Source: Tubiluchus corallicola (Eukaryota > Animalia > Priapulida). Taken from it: a DNA stretch of 64,000 nt. The stretch is taken from the NCBI GenBank assembly GCA_030141605.1, contig JAQGDQ010000996.1, forward strand, positions 1-64,000, given 5' to 3'. This document shows, piece after piece, positions 1 through 14,050 of the stretch (position 1 is its first letter; each line of letters opens with the position of its first letter). Under the pieces are notes generated by a model. It worked only from the letters and a program-made list of their open reading frames with translations, had not been told where the DNA came from and made no database searches. Made by a program: the position numbers and the translations under genes.

Positions 1-358
1 CACCTGTTGAAAGATGAAACGACCTTAATTTGTTTTTGTCTGGAACTCTGTACAGCAGATATTTCTCTTGGACTGTAGCAAGCGGGCGATCAGTAAATTA
101 GTGTGTACAATCGTGTAAGTGTACACCAGACTAAGCTACTCGATAGGAAAGTTGAAGTGCCTGAAAAGGGTGTTTTTTTAATTTTATCCAATTAACTTAC
201 CATAAATGTTTAAGCAAATAGAATGATTGGATAGCCGAGGTTCTCCTGAGTAGAACAGTACCTAATTTGTAATCATTTAGTTATGTCTGCACTCTCACAG
301 TAACAGAAAACTCATAGGTCTTATAAGACCTATTTTTAATGGTGCAACCCTGAAGGAA
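1..358. mobile_element. Right part of a second piggyBac-like MITE copy
   Basis: Shares GTGTACACCAGACTAAGCTACTC and TAATTTGTAATCATTTAGTTATG with ~31000-31240, and ends CCTGAAGGAA-TTAA. Confidence 0.75.
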
Positions 359-763
359 TTAATTAATTGACAAATAGCACTAAATTTTAATTTATCCACA
401 GCCGAATTTAGCAGGCCTAAAACTGTTCTGATAAGCACTTAATGCCACTAGTTATAATAACAAAATAGAAAAGTGATGATGCTAGATTAATTCAAATGAC
501 GTGATGTGCTAAAACAATAGTGCTTTGCTCAATAAGTTCACTTAATAATTAGAACTACTGTGGCGAGGCAGATATGCACAGAAATTATGCTGCTGATAAA
601 TGCTATCAGATGATTGAAAAAGCAGTTTATCTTACAACGAAGGATCATTCAATATGCTAGAGCTGCAGACATTACATAATATTACAAGAAGCCAGTTGCC
701 AAAAAGCAGCTAACGAATTTCACGCTACGTAATGCAACAAATGCTACACAGAATACAAAGTAC

Positions 764-3700
764 CTCGTCCTTCTTTTTTAATCCTGACCAAAGCAGCTTC
801 CTCTTCTGCATCTGTTCGGCGTACTTCAGCGGATTCACGGCGGCCGGATTGTAGTACTTTGGTAACTGAATTCCTGCAAGAATAATTAAAACGTAAGGCC
901 TTTAGACCTGTAGAGCGTATGCATAACTCAAGCTTGATGTTAACCAGCAAAAATAAGAAATGTAAGAAACCTACACTTGGTACTTCAAACTGTTCAGTGA
1001 ATTTTTGTGACTTCTCAAATGTCAGAAAGCGAAATGGCTCTGACGTTTGAAAAGAAAAAAAATATTCGGCCAATGACTATCGTGGTGACTTTTGCGACGA
1101 CAGTAAAACAAAAACGAGAGCTTTTCCTTCTGCCATAACTCTAAATTTATTCTTTTTTCGAAAGCGTAATATACATTTTTTCGGTTCCATATCAACTCAA
1201 CAACTTTAACTAGGTTAACTCCTCAAACCAGTTCCTACAGCTATACGTAAATTAATTCACTTTGGCTTCTTTACGGCGGGTGAATCATGAGGCCCAAATT
1301 TCATGACAATGGACATTTGAAAATAAAATAAATATTCAGCCAATAATATTTGAAGAAAAAAAATTATTCAGCCAATGACATTTGAAAATAAAAAATTATT
1401 CAGCCAATGACATTTGAAAATAAAAAACGCTATTCAGCAAATGACATTTGAAACTAAAAAAAGCTATTCAGCAAATGACATTTGAAACTAAAAAAAGCTA
1501 TTCAGCAAATGACATTTGATAATAAAAAACGCTATTCAGCAAATGACATTTGATAATAAAAAACGCTATTCAGCAAATGACATTTGAAACTAAAAAAAGC
1601 TATTCAGCAAATGACATTTGAAACTAAAAAAAGCTATTCAGCAAATGACATTTGAAACTAAAAAAAGCTATTCAGCAAATGACATTTGAAACTAAAAAAA
1701 GCTATTCAGCAAATGACATTTGAAACTAAAAAAAGCTATTCAGCAAATGACATTTGAAACTAAAAAAAGCTATTCAGCAAATGACATTTGAAACTAAAAA
1801 AAGGTATTCAGCAAATGACATTTGAAAATAAAAACCGCTATTCAGCAAATGACATTTGATAATAAAAAACGCTATTCAGCAAATGACATTTGAAACTAAA
1901 AAAAGCTATTCAGCAAATGACATTTGAAACTAAAAAAGCTATTCAGCAAATGACATTTGATAATAAAAAACGCTATTCAGCAAATGACATTTGAAACTAA
2001 AAAAAGCTATTCAGCAAATGACATTTGAAAATAAAAAACGCTATTCAGCAAATGACATTTGAAAATAAAAAACGCTATTCAGCAAATGACATTTGATAAT
2101 AAAAAACGCTATTCAGCAAATGACATTTGAAACTAAAAAAAGCTATTCAGCAAATGACATTTGAAACTAAAAAAAGCTATTCAGCAAATGACATTTGATA
2201 ATAAAAAACGCTATTCAGCAAATGACATTTGATAATAAAAAACGCTATTCAGCAAATGACATTTGAAACTAAAAAAAGCTATTCAGCAAATGACATTTGA
2301 AACTAAAAAAGCTATTCAGCAAATGACATTTGATAATAAAAAACGCTATTCAGCAAATGACATTTGAAACTAAAAAAAGCTATTCAGCAAATGACATTTG
2401 AAAATAAAAAACGCTATTCAGCAAATGACATTTGAAACTAAAAAACGCTATTCAGCAAATGACATTTGATAATAAAAAAAATTATTCAGCCAATGACATT
2501 TGAAAATAAAAAAAGCTATTCAGCAAATGACATTTGAAAATAAAAAACGCTATTCAGCAAATGACATTTGATAATAAAAAAAATTATTCAGCCAATGACA
2601 TTTGAAAATAAAAAACACTATTCAACAAATGATATTTGAAAATAAAAAAATATTCAGGCAATGATATTTGAAGAAAAAAAATTATCGAGCCAATGAAATT
2701 TGAAAATAAAAAAGCAAAAAGCTATTCAGCTAATAATTTTCTGCTACTGTTGCTCCAGGTTTTATGTCCAATGATTTGTCTCTTTCACAGCCTTTACTTG
2801 TTAGGCAGCATCTAATGAAGTATACGGCGATGGTTTTTCACCATGTATACATATGATGCTGTAAACAGAGTAATTTTCCACCAACCTGTCATTTCGACCA
2901 CCTTCTTGTGCATTTCCTCCATGGCAGCGGCAACCGTCTGATTCTGGCCCTCGGAGCTGCTGGCGAAGTTGAGCGGTAAGTCGCTCGGCTGCTCCCGTTG
3001 TAAATTGACTAAAACAAAAATGCAACTGTTATAATGCGTAGCTCAGTAAGCACGGGAGAGCAAGTGACCAGATCTAGTCTAAAATGACAAGCGATGAAAT
3101 GTGACAACTTACCTATGGCTTTATGTACATCTTGGGCGCTGCTAGTTTCTATGCCAAGCCGTTTGCATTTGTCCATCCTCTTCATCTCAAACTTGCTGTC
3201 TTTTTTAGCCTTCAAATCGGCGTCGCGCCTTCCGTCTCTAGAATACTGCGGCCGTCGGCCTCCATCGGGAGAGCGACTTCGTCTTCGATAGTATCCTCTG
3301 TCCCGCGATCGACTGAAACATCAATAAGTATCCAATGAGTTGAGACAATGATTGTGAAATCATTAGAAACGTGAAAATGTTTTATTTTGCATTTTAAGAC
3401 AATAGCAAGGATAATAGATGACTTGAAGTGAGCTATTAAAGTTGTTCTCCAAAAGCTAGTCCAAGTTTAGTTTAGATGATGCAAATCCAAGTTGGGTCTC
3501 CGAGGGAAGTTTCAAGTCTTCCTATACATAAGCCCTAATTGTAGGTTACTTAGATTAAGCATTTTACAAGCTGTACTTCAACGTAGGTGCATTAATGCAG
3601 TAGGCCACTTAATAGGCTCACGGTTAATAGACTCAATCACTTGATTGTCTCAAAAACGTGTGGTACGGGCCGCTTTTATTCAAATATATATAAAAACTGT

Positions 3701-6700
3701 TGGTAATTGACTCAAATAGCTTTGCATAATTGACTCAATATTTTTGCATTTGCATTATTTCACATGTTTCAATAAGACGCTTTCCTGTGACTAATAAGGT
3801 TTTATCAGGGATGAGAATGACAAATTGCAAAAAGAACTCTGAAAAAGGCTTGGGTTTGGGGGCCGCGTAGGCCATAAAGAGCCTCTAAGTGGACTTAAAA
3901 TATCAATAACCTTGTTTCGTGCATGATTTAAAATACCCAACTATCATGCCTTGTCATTAACGATAAACACATGAAACTGACATTCAGTGCTCTAAGTTTC
4001 ATACCTGCGACGTCTTGACGACGAATAAATTCGATCACGCGATGAGCGCCTTCTCTCACGCGACCTTGACCTGCGACCTCGAGACCTCGATCGCCTTCTA
4101 TCGCGTGACCGTGAACGCCTCCTCTCGCGAGAACTTCGTCTTTTCCTGTCACGAGACTTCGAACGTTTCCGGTCACGCGATGTGGAGCGCTTTCTGTCGC
4201 GAGATCGTGACCGCTTCCTCTGTGGTGATTTAGACTCCTCTTTGTCCGACAACACAGAAGTTTTCTCTTTCTCATCATCCAGCACGGACTTTCGCCTTAG
4301 ATCTTCAGATTTTGTGTCAAACGACTCATCTTTTTTGTTGTCTTTGGTTGTCTTAGCAACATCTTCTAGTGAAGTATCCGGAGATGGTTTTTCAGAAGAG
4401 ACAGATCTCTTGTCTCTTGAAATCAATGACTGATCATCTGTTGAAGCTGATTTTCTTGACTTCAGAGACGCAGGTCTCTGTGTCTCTTCTGACAGTCGGC
4501 TAGGAGCTGGAGACGAGTCGCGTTTTCGCCCGGTTGACCTGGACCGTCTTCGATCTCGACCTCTCCTCTCACGTTCTCGAGAGCGAGATCTCCTTTCACG
4601 AGACCTTGATCTTCGGCGACGCTTAGGAGAACGAGAGCGAGAACAGCGTCTAGGCGACCTCGACCGTTTTCTTTTCGGCGATTTTGAACTCTGTCTTTCA
4701 TTTTGTTTCAACGTTTCATCTGGTTTTGATGGTCTTCTCTCTCGGGAATGGGACCGGCGCCTATCCTCTTTTGGTTTTGGTTCTTCTGGTGTACCAACTA
4801 GCACATCAGGGAATACCTAAAGCAAAATAAAGACCAGTCAGTCTCGTTGGAGGTGGTGGTGACAAGCCACAGGCATAGCAGTGTCGAGTTTTTTTGATAG
4901 TTTACTGCTGTGTTTACTTGTCATGAAGACAGATTCATTTTTTTAGAATTCTGCCTACCCAATGTCTATAATAGATGTAACGGGTATGTGACAATGATGA
5001 TAAAATAAAGTAAAGTGTTTTATGAACTTTGTCTGATGCCAAAACAAATTAAGATACCCTGAAGCAAAATGACAGCTTCGTGGAGCTACTATCGGAGTTA
5101 GAAAATGCAAGTTTTTACAATTGTAGTACTAGTTTATGGACGAAAAAGTGGGTAAGGAGTTACAAAATTAAATTTTTAGTGTTTTTTGAACAGTTTCTTG
5201 TCAATTTGATGCTAGAATATAAAAGTCCAAGATATAAAGCGCTGGTTTTTATAAAATACGGAAAATTGACATTCGACCAAATTTTTGGGTCATTCAACGT
5301 TGAAGCACCGTAACGTAGTTTTAACTATGCCGATTTATGGACGGTTTTGGTATGCCAGCACACAACCATTTTTTTAAACAGCTACCTGTTCTTGTGGTGG
5401 AACAGATGGCTCTTCTGGCGAGTGTTCCGGTGAAGCGGATTTGCTACTTGAACTACTGCTACTTCCTGAATCGTGGAATTTTCCTGTAGTATCTGAAAAA
5501 TAGGTTAAAAAAATCCAAGTCAGATTTCCTTCTCAAATAATTACACGTGTACTGATTTCATGATTACAAATGCTCTCCTAAAAGACTAAAATTACATGTT
5601 TTTACTAAGAAATGGTAATGTCCTAGGTAAAACTTAGTCAAACTGTTAGAACCATTTTAAACAAATGTGAAAAAATCTTTTTTAAAACTCTGTTAGTTGA
5701 ATCATGTAATAAAATTACTTAAGTTGTTCTTGTAACAAAATGATAAAGAAACTACTGCAACATTGTTTTTGTTATTAAAGGAAAGGACAAGAGAATTCCG
5801 AGTTTGTTTTACTGCTATCACTTAAATTTTAGAAATTTAACAAAGAAATTTGCAAAAAACCTGTCTATGGAGCCTGATTATAATGCTACCGCTGCATAGA
5901 AATTTTCAGGTGTGGTGGCAACTGCCATTCACTTATAAATGATGATGTAGCTGGTGGCTTCACGAGCACATCATGGCTTCTTGTGAGCGTGCAGCAGTTT
6001 AAATAAATCAAACTTCTGCACCTTGCCTAGTATTCACGCAAAAACTAAGCCGTTCTTATCCTTTGACACAAACTGGCAGTGTGCAGCTTTTCTTTACTTT
6101 ACAAATTATAGCATTGGAGGAAAAAGGATTGTCAAAATGGAGGCGCCCAAGAAAAAAATAATCTGGACTTTAAAGTGATTTTACTAATTACGCAAGATGC
6201 TTATCAGTTATCACACTTTTATTACTAAATCTTTCTAATATTTTTCGCAAACATTAAAATAGGATTAACTACCTAGAACTCTTGGCCTTTCCTTTAAGCA
6301 AAAATTCACATAATAAAATTTACATGATTTGACTTATTTATTAAAATTTGGAAATTTTACAAAAAGTAGCAATATTTTAAGGTTTGCTGATTGCTAACGT
6401 AGTTAATTTCAGCCCTACTGCTTACGAAAGTTATTATTTTGATTTTCATCATGAATTTTTAACAAAATCATATTCTGACCCAAAAGGTTCAAATGTTCAT
6501 GACCATCTAATAACACGGTAATGAATTTATAAGTAACTTATACTAACAACTAAACATCATTAATTGTACGCACCGTAGCTATTCATATTACCTTGTCCAT
6601 GTAGAGATGACAAGCTACTAACCTGCGTCAGTTATGCTGCAAACCAGGCAGTCAGCCCTTCAGCTTGAGTGTCCCTCATGTGTCTCGTAGGTAGAGTTTC

Positions 6701-9700
6701 AATTTTATATATGTATATATAAAAAGTAGTGTCATTCTATGGTCTTGAGTAATCTATACGGGGCGGGGGTTACATAATTAAGTAAAGCCAGCAGTACTTA
6801 GTAGTGTCTACATAAGCTAATCTCAGTACGAGCATGAGGGCTAAGTTTACAATGTTTATCGATGAGAATGAATAGCAAATAATAAACAACAATTGTTCTA
6901 CATTTATAAACAACATCAACTAGTGCATTTAACAATTGTGCAAATGTCTGTCTGGCTGTTTACTTTAAAATCAGTGCCACTATGTCCCACAGCCTCCCGC
7001 CCCCCTTCAATCTACTGACTCACCACGATCCGGGGAGCTGTCCATGGACATGGATCTGGAACCAGAGCTCTGACGATCAGCAGCCTTGCGATCGCCTCCC
7101 GTTTCGCTCCCGTCTAAAGAGAGGCCGATTGATTTTTCAAAGCTCTCCCATTCTGCATTAAGATCTCTGTTTATGCCAGTCGGAGATGGCGACTAAAACA
7201 AAACCAGAATCAATCAATACAAACACATACATTTTAACACAGCTTGGAACTAACACGAAAAAACACGTAACTCAGACTAAACTTACAGCAGAATGGACAA
7301 ACGTTCTCTTTTGACAATTCTCTTTCGAGATGCGCACGTTTGGTTTAAACAAAATTTATTGAAGGTGTAACATATAGGCTTGAAACAAACAGTTTTACAA
7401 CTGATACATGTTCTCCTCTAGTGGGAGCAAAACGCTAGACAGATGCAGAACAATGGTGACCACAACGTACAAAAAATGTTGCAATAAATATGAACATTAC
7501 TATGTAACAAGAGTAACAAAGCTAATACTATTTAAAGTACTTGGTGTTTGAAATAAGACTTCACTAAAACAAAAATTTGAGTGTTCACAAAATCATCCAG
7601 GGTATAGTTTTCGTGTGGGAACAAACATACAAGTTCATTTGATGCAAGACTGTAAACATTGATGTTAAAAGCTGACAAAAGAGTGCAGAGATTTGTAAAT
7701 AAGTCGTGTCTGGCCTGGTGGTAAAGAGGGCAGCTAATTAAGTTTAAGATGCACGTCTAAAATTTGGCTGTATTAACGTTTCATACCATTTCACGAAATA
7801 ACATTTCAAAATGCAAAGTTGTAAAATAATCCAAATTCCATTAAGCAGCGCATACTCTACTTCTTGTTTTAAAATCGCACATCAAAGTTGTATAACTATG
7901 TAGTTAGTTATAGTTCTAGTAGGCGATAAAATGCTAAATAAAATGTTAAATAACGTAAAACAACTTGGATAGCTAAGATAAATAAAGATGTTCAACAATT
8001 TCAACCAAATCTATATTTAGGAATAGAAGAACTTACGCTGGTCACTGCAGATAGAAGTGGGTGGAATGTTCTGATAAAGGTTGATGCATCAATGCCTACA
8101 ATAGGTGGAATGAGACTTTGAAGAAGGCAAAAAAATCTTCAAAGCAGCATCATCTCATTTATCTATTTACCTGTCTTGTGGAGCATAAATATCTTCATTC
8201 GACCTTGCTTTGTACTACTTCCATAAATTTCTATCTCTTCCTACACTCTCAGTAAGACGGCAATTTTTCAAATGAACGACTTATTGTAAGTTTAACCATA
8301 TGTCCTTTCTAGCTGTAGTAGCTGTCACTTTTTAACAGTTTTTTACCAATAGAAATACCGAGTCAACTAGTACACAAAGTATGGCTTTGGGAAGTATGTT
8401 TTTACTATAGAAAATCTGTCGGCTTTCGTCAATTCGGCTTGCATCAATGTTCTGGTAGAGTTAATGCAACATTATCAGCTTGAGTTTGGGGGAGATGGAG
8501 ACATTTACCCAGCCAATCTAGAACCTATAGTTGCCCAATGACTGATGACGAACAAGACGAGGACCATGTACTCTGTGTGGGTCCTATAACTGCTCATCTT
8601 AGACAGCAACCTAGCGAATTTCGGATATAGACACGTCATCGCTAACATCTATATTTGCATGTAGTGACACTTCTAAACAATTTGAATATGTACATAAATG
8701 TTTGTTATTATTTCCCAGAATGCCTATGCATAGTTAGACATAAGGAAACCATTTTGCATTACCATTGCTGCCTACAATACTACTTGCATTTCATTTTGCT
8801 AAAAGTTTTTTTTAACATGCACCCAATTTGTATTTACGTGACGTCACTGCCTTGTTATGGATGAACTTCTTCCACCTACCCTGAAATTTCAGGGTTGCCA
8901 CAAAATTTTAAAATAAATTTCCCTGACTTTTCCATTTTCCATGACCAAGATAAGCAGAAATTCTATTAACCAATATACGTATTTAAACATTTTTGTGTAT
9001 GAACGTTCATGTATATACTGATATATAATGTGTCGGCTAATGAAACTGCACTGATCACATTAAACAAACTTTCTTAATCCAATCATTGTTTTTGGAACAG
9101 AAGCCGAAACTTGGAGCCTGCTGTAGCAAAATTTCATTTGAACACGAATCGCTGAAAAATATTTTTGGAAAAATATTGGTTCACGGTGATTATTTTTGCA
9201 AGCCTTTCCGATTTCCCCCATTTTGACTTTTCGCCCCATTTTCATCTTTTTCCCTGACTTTCCCATGGCTTTCCAGGATATCCTGTATTTCCAGGATTTT
9301 CCCTGAAAGTGGGAACCCTGAATTTGTAACCTCATTATAATTTTGTTGGCCAATAAATTACACACATACATACATCATCAATTCGGCGTGCATCAATGCT
9401 ACCGTAGAGTTAATGCTGCGTTAACAAGTGTCAAACTATCACGTTAATACTGCGTTAACCGTGTGTCAAACTAACGCTTTAATGCTTCGTTAACAAGAGT
9501 CAAACTAACACTTTAATGCTGTGTTAACAACTATCAAACTATCACTTTAATGCTGCGTTAACAAGTGTCAAACTATCACTTTAATGCTGCGTTAACAAGT
9601 GTCAAATTATCACTTTAATGCTGCGTTAACAAGTGTCAAATTATCACTTTAATGCTGTGTTAACAAGTGTTAAACTATCACTTTAATGCTGTGTTAACAA

Positions 9701-11310
9701 GAATTAAACTATCACTTTAATGCTGCGTTAACAAGTGTCAAACTATGACTTTAATGCAGCATTAACCGTGTGTCAAACTAACACTTTAATGCTTCGTTAA
9801 CAAGTGTCAAACTAACACTTTAATGCTGCGTTAACAAGTGTCAAACTATCACGTTAACAAGTGCCAAACTATCACTTTAATGCTGTGCGTTAACAAGTGT
9901 CAAACTATCACTTTAATGCTGCGTTAACAAGTGTCAAACTATCACTTTAATGCTGCGTTAACAAGTGTCAAACTATCACTTTAATGCTGCGTTAATACGT
10001 ATCAAACTATTACTTTAATGCTGTATTAATGTGTCAAACTATCACTTCAATGCTGCATGTTGGGTGATGAGTAGGGCACTAGCCGAAGTAGGACAATTGG
10101 CGTACATGGGCTAACCCAAGTAGGACACGTCATACATGTGCTAGCCCAGTAGGACACTAGAGACAGCTCACGAATTGAGTCATACTGGCTGCATCTGATG
10201 TCTTTGTTTATTTAATAATAATAACCGAAAACATCAAAACACGTTGAATAATTTATTATACATCTGACAAAATAAAACAATCTTATTCTGAGCTAGCAGA
10301 ACGACTAATATTAAATCTGGTTTCAATATTAATCTTTTTGAAGTGAAATAAGCCCGCTTTTAGGCGATTCCAACACTTGCATAACAAGGTTTCGTAATCT
10401 TTTATTTTGTCTTGTTTCACTACCTCTTGGACAAATAATTGCTTTCTACTAAGTAAACGGGCTAGCGAGCTATGTTCCCTACATAGTTCTCTCTTTAAAG
10501 CATTAGAAACTTAGCTTAATGTTATGATGATATTAATGGAGCTAATAATAATGATGATATTATTGTAAAAAATACATTTGTAAATTGTCAAGGACTATCC
10601 ATCATTATTATGGAGTTCTTTTTTTCAAAAACAAATTTAGTTTATTTATTAGGTCATAATTCTCGATTCTTGACAGAAATCGCCAGTGCCCTAATTGGAC
10701 TGCCTATGTATGACACTGCTTTTATGCAAATTTAGCACATACGCTTTAGCGGATGTGTCCTACTTTGGCTAGTGGCATATGCCGCACCCTAGACTACATT
10801 AACATGTGTCAATCACTTTAGTGCTGCATTAACATGTGTCAAACTATCACTGTGTGAGAAGCTTTAGTTCGTTTTATCAAGGATGTCACAGCTACATTTT
10901 CACAAAAATACCTAAGAATACAGAACAATATAATATATTTACGATACATAATTAATAATGATGTCTGATATTTCAGTGGCATAGTAAACTTATCAGAATA
11001 AAAATTTCAAATAAAAAACAATGATATCGCATTGTAACTTCCAAACGCTCGAAAAACGCTAGACTACCGGAGAGATAGTCTCGGACGATCCGCATGCTGA
11101 GAATTACAGTACAGCACTACTCTAGTGATAGTGGGTATTCGTACTCGTAGTACTAGTAGAGTTTTCAAAGGCGCATTGTCAGGTACATAGATAAAAGTAC
11201 AATTACCAAAATCCTAGATTACCTCTACTAACGATATATAAAAAAACAGATGTTTTTCTTACATTTTGGTTTTCAGTTTTTTCGACGTAATTTTCCAGCA
11301 TATCCTCCAT
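764..11310 (-). CDS. RSRC2: Arginine/serine-rich coiled-coil protein 2-like (RSRC2), multi-exon, 3' end beyond the left window edge
   Basis: Exons with consistent GT-AG phases: 11310-11263 (GCCATGG start, MEDMLENY), 7192-7024, 5492-5386, 4816-4005 (RS-rich), 3312-3113, 3008-2886, 873-764. The last two join to give EMTGIQLPKYYNPAAVNPLKYAEQMQKRKLLW, which matches the recalled RSRC2 motif YYNPAAVNPMKFAEQEKKRKMLW. Possible extra exons at 8240-8171 and 8095-8037. The first exon is less certain. Confidence 0.85.
1310..2735. repeat. Minisatellite, 34-bp unit TATTCAGCAAATGACATTTGAAACTAAAAAAAGC, about 40 copies
   Basis: Period of 34 is seen directly (for example 1567 and 1601). Copies degenerate at both edges. 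Confidence 0.97.
3598..3760. mobile_element. Family B MITE terminal fragment (inverted)
   Basis: Reverse-complement similarity to ~40560-40695. A related terminus CAGTAGGCGCC also occurs at 22203. Confidence 0.6.
5060..5365. repeat. Unclassified interspersed repeat, homologous to ~18335-18640
   Basis: Shared GAAGCAAAATGACAGCTTC, AGTACTAGTTT, TATAAAAGTCCAA, CGTAGTTTTAACTAT and AGCACACAA. Confidence 0.75.
5779..6293. mobile_element. Kolobok-like non-autonomous element
   Basis: TTAA-AGGAAAGGACAAGAG ... CTCTTGGCCTTTCCT-TTAA. A TTAA TSD with RR..YY ends is typical of Kolobok. Confidence 0.7.
8890..9320. mobile_element. MITE with CAGGGTT(G/C)CCAC terminal inverted repeats (hAT-like)
   Basis: CAGGGTTGCCAC ... 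GTGGGAACCCTG with internal TTCCCTGACTTT repeats. Only AATTT is shared by the flanks. Confidence 0.65.
9410..10056. repeat. Minisatellite, 34-bp unit TTAATGCTGCGTTAACAAGTGTCAAACTATCACT, about 19 copies, with remnants at ~10795-10851
   Basis: Period of 34 (9541 and 9575). Confidence 0.96.
10063..10788. mobile_element. MITE inserted in the 34-bp minisatellite
   Basis: Inverted repeat CACTAGCCGAAGTAGGACA / TGTCCTACTTTGGCTAGTG, with satellite units on both sides. Confidence 0.65.
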
Positions 11311-12035
11311 GGCGATATAGAAAACGTCACTTGCAAGATGGACAAACATGAGACCTGCGGAATAGGTTATCCAGTAAAAACGAGTCATTATTTCAAAACA
11401 GTGTCCGACACTAATTAGAGACAATGTTTGCTCATATCTATGGCCTGTATCACAAAATTTATGTTAGATGGTATCAGTTAAAAAAAATTAAAAGCTATTT
11501 AACAAATCAGTGAATTTTTCCTTTTCTTTTCTCGTAGTTTTTTCTCATATCATGTACTAACCCATAACTCTAAACCTATGCTTATTTCTGTTCCACCTCT
11601 CAAGTGTCCATCAAGCTAGGCTTCATAGGTACTTGTAACACAATAATTATGTTTTACTGTAATTTTCTTTTGAACATTTACATTATTTTATATTGTCACT
11701 TTGATTTTGGTATGTGTTGTGGAATAAATGATTCTTGAACAATACTAGTTAATTTAGTCTTCACTGGGAATTCATATTCTGCAGCAAATTGCAAATTATC
11801 CTCCATGAACACTCAATTATTGATGAAAACAGGTATACAAGCTAAATAAAATTTAGAATAATGTATTCGTTTGCCTTCAAAATAAACACAGAAAACTACA
11901 ATTATAAGAATATTCTCCAATGTTTAAAGAAGGATTGATGAAATTATGAATCTTCAAATGAAATAAATACATAATTCAAATAGAAGGAAAACAGCATATT
12001 AGTGTAACAAAATATAATTTATTTATAACAGTAAG

Positions 12036-14050
12036 TCAGAATTTTTCAAGTATCCTGAAATGATTTTCAATTGATCGTCTCTCATTATTAAAGTGTACAG
12101 TCCTATGTACTGTTTTTCCCATTTTTAGCAATACAGATGTAAATAGTCCCTCTTCTTCACCGATCCATGGTCTACTGCTGTCATTTATTTGATATGGAGT
12201 AACATGAACATTTACTTCAATATCACTTTCTACTAATGGCACAAGTATCTTTTCTTCTGTTATCCATGTTTGTTTTTCACCTGGGTGTCCACCATCGAGC
12301 CAATACATCGATTTAATCTGCGAAACAAAGCGAGACAAGATTCCCGATTCCTTAGCTGCTGACAGTTCATGCAGGAATTGGTTGAGAACAACACAGCCCT
12401 TGCTGAAACCTATTATAATTATTGAAACATTGTCTAATTCAGCACCCTGGCAAATACTTCCAGCGGACGTTGAACTCGGATGGCCTTGACGCAAACGAAA
12501 AACATTCTCTAGTAAGGCTTTAACATGTTCAAAAGCAGAAAGTTTGTGAGAGTATTTAGGTGCTCCAAATTTATTACAGTTCACAAAATTCTTGTAGCAA
12601 GCATATGTCTCTTGGTACAAGAATGCAGGTTTCACAACTAGTATTTCACTGTTTGGAAACCTGTGGTGTAATAATAACGTTACGGCATCCAAATTCCATG
12701 CATTGTATTTAAACATACTTTCTGCAAAGTCCTGAAAAATAAAAACTGTGCAAACACACTGCAAAACCTGCTAAAAGCTCCTGAAAATAACCATCCTTAA
12801 ACACAAGCAATAAAAATGTTAAAACAGAAAACAAGAGACGATGTTCTCCTTCCAAAAGTTTCACCCTAATACATTGTCCTAAAAGATATTCACATAATTT
12901 TACCAAATCAGGAAAGAGATGGGACCAGATTCTATTTATGGATTTGCCAAACTCTGTATCTTGATATTTTGAGAAAGTCATAGATCAAGAGAGATGTACG
13001 TCCAAGCAGAAGTCAGAAATCAATTCTGGGAGCTGACAAAACTTTCAGCAGAATTCAAACTAAAGCCGAGTTCAGACATAATTTACAATCATCTTAAGTC
13101 CAGGGATGTTTAGATTTCATCATGATCTGACTAAAAAAACAGTTCAGCCCAAAATTCAGCCCAGGTTGGGAAGAGGCTAACAGTTAAGTAGTAATACCTA
13201 CGTCACAAGTAGGATGTAACCAAAGTGACAGAGAGGAGTGTCGGTATAACTGAAGCCATAGTGCTCTTACATGATTATTTTCATATTGCGTCCCAGCAAA
13301 AAGTGATTTAAGTGAGCCACATAAAACCAGTGTTTGTTAACATAAGTTTAAGACTTTCAAGGATCAGTACCTAACATAAGGTAACAAAGTTTTATTATGC
13401 GAAGAATTACAATTTTAAATCACTTAAAGCCATTTCTTAATGTTAATCAACATTCGCAAAAGTATAGTGGCTGTATTGACAATGAAAATATGAATAGGTG
13501 GTAAAAATACTAATAAATCTAACATTGCAGATGTTCAATTTTTAAAATTTTTATGGGGTTTTGTGACTTTTGCAGCAACTCCGTCCCTTGCCCAAATTAC
13601 CTCTCCTAGACCATCAATAGGACAACAACTCGTAGTCCTTGGGATATTTACACAATTTTCCACATCTGCCCGGAAAAATATTGTGCATGTTCATTAAAAT
13701 AATCTGATCTCACACATTCATATTTGCAAAATAAGAATGCAATATAAATCATTTAAAACTAGTTAAGAAACAATAATCGTTAGCGTAATACCATTATATG
13801 ATACCTGTATGTCTCCGGGAAAAAATATGACAATGCTACTTGTGTGTGCATCAGAAACAGCTGGGTGATATAAAACAGTATTTGATGCACCTTTATAACC
13901 CGGAACATTAAGCCATCGTTCCACGCTAGGTGTGCGCTGACTACTTGGTATTCGACATTGTGCAACTGAATTTCCAGCCATAACGTTCTTGACAAAAAAT
14001 GAAGCCACTATCGAACTTTGAAAAGAAAGCTGAAAGAAAACTTTAATCAT
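12036..14050 (-). CDS. C2orf69: C2orf69/UPF0565 family protein (alpha/beta-hydrolase-like), two exons
   Basis: Exons 14050 (or ATG 13981)-13805 and 12731-12036 join in phase 0 as FFPGDIQ|DFAESM. Family motifs IIGFSKGCVVLNQ, YWLDGGH, VHVTPYQ..RPWIGEE and SIENHF are present. Confidence 0.88.

Noticed and set aside
744-1073. 109-aa ORF as an independent gene
   Set aside because: It is an alternative frame over the RSRC2 exon 873-764 and its flanking introns.
1310-2735. CRISPR-like array (repeats of about 30-34 bp; also 9410-10056 and 17192-17505)
   Set aside because: The units are head-to-tail with no unique spacers, there are no cas genes, and the context is a eukaryotic intron.
8535-8600. 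Hammerhead core CTGATGA
   Set aside because: There is no GAAA after stem II and no supporting stems.
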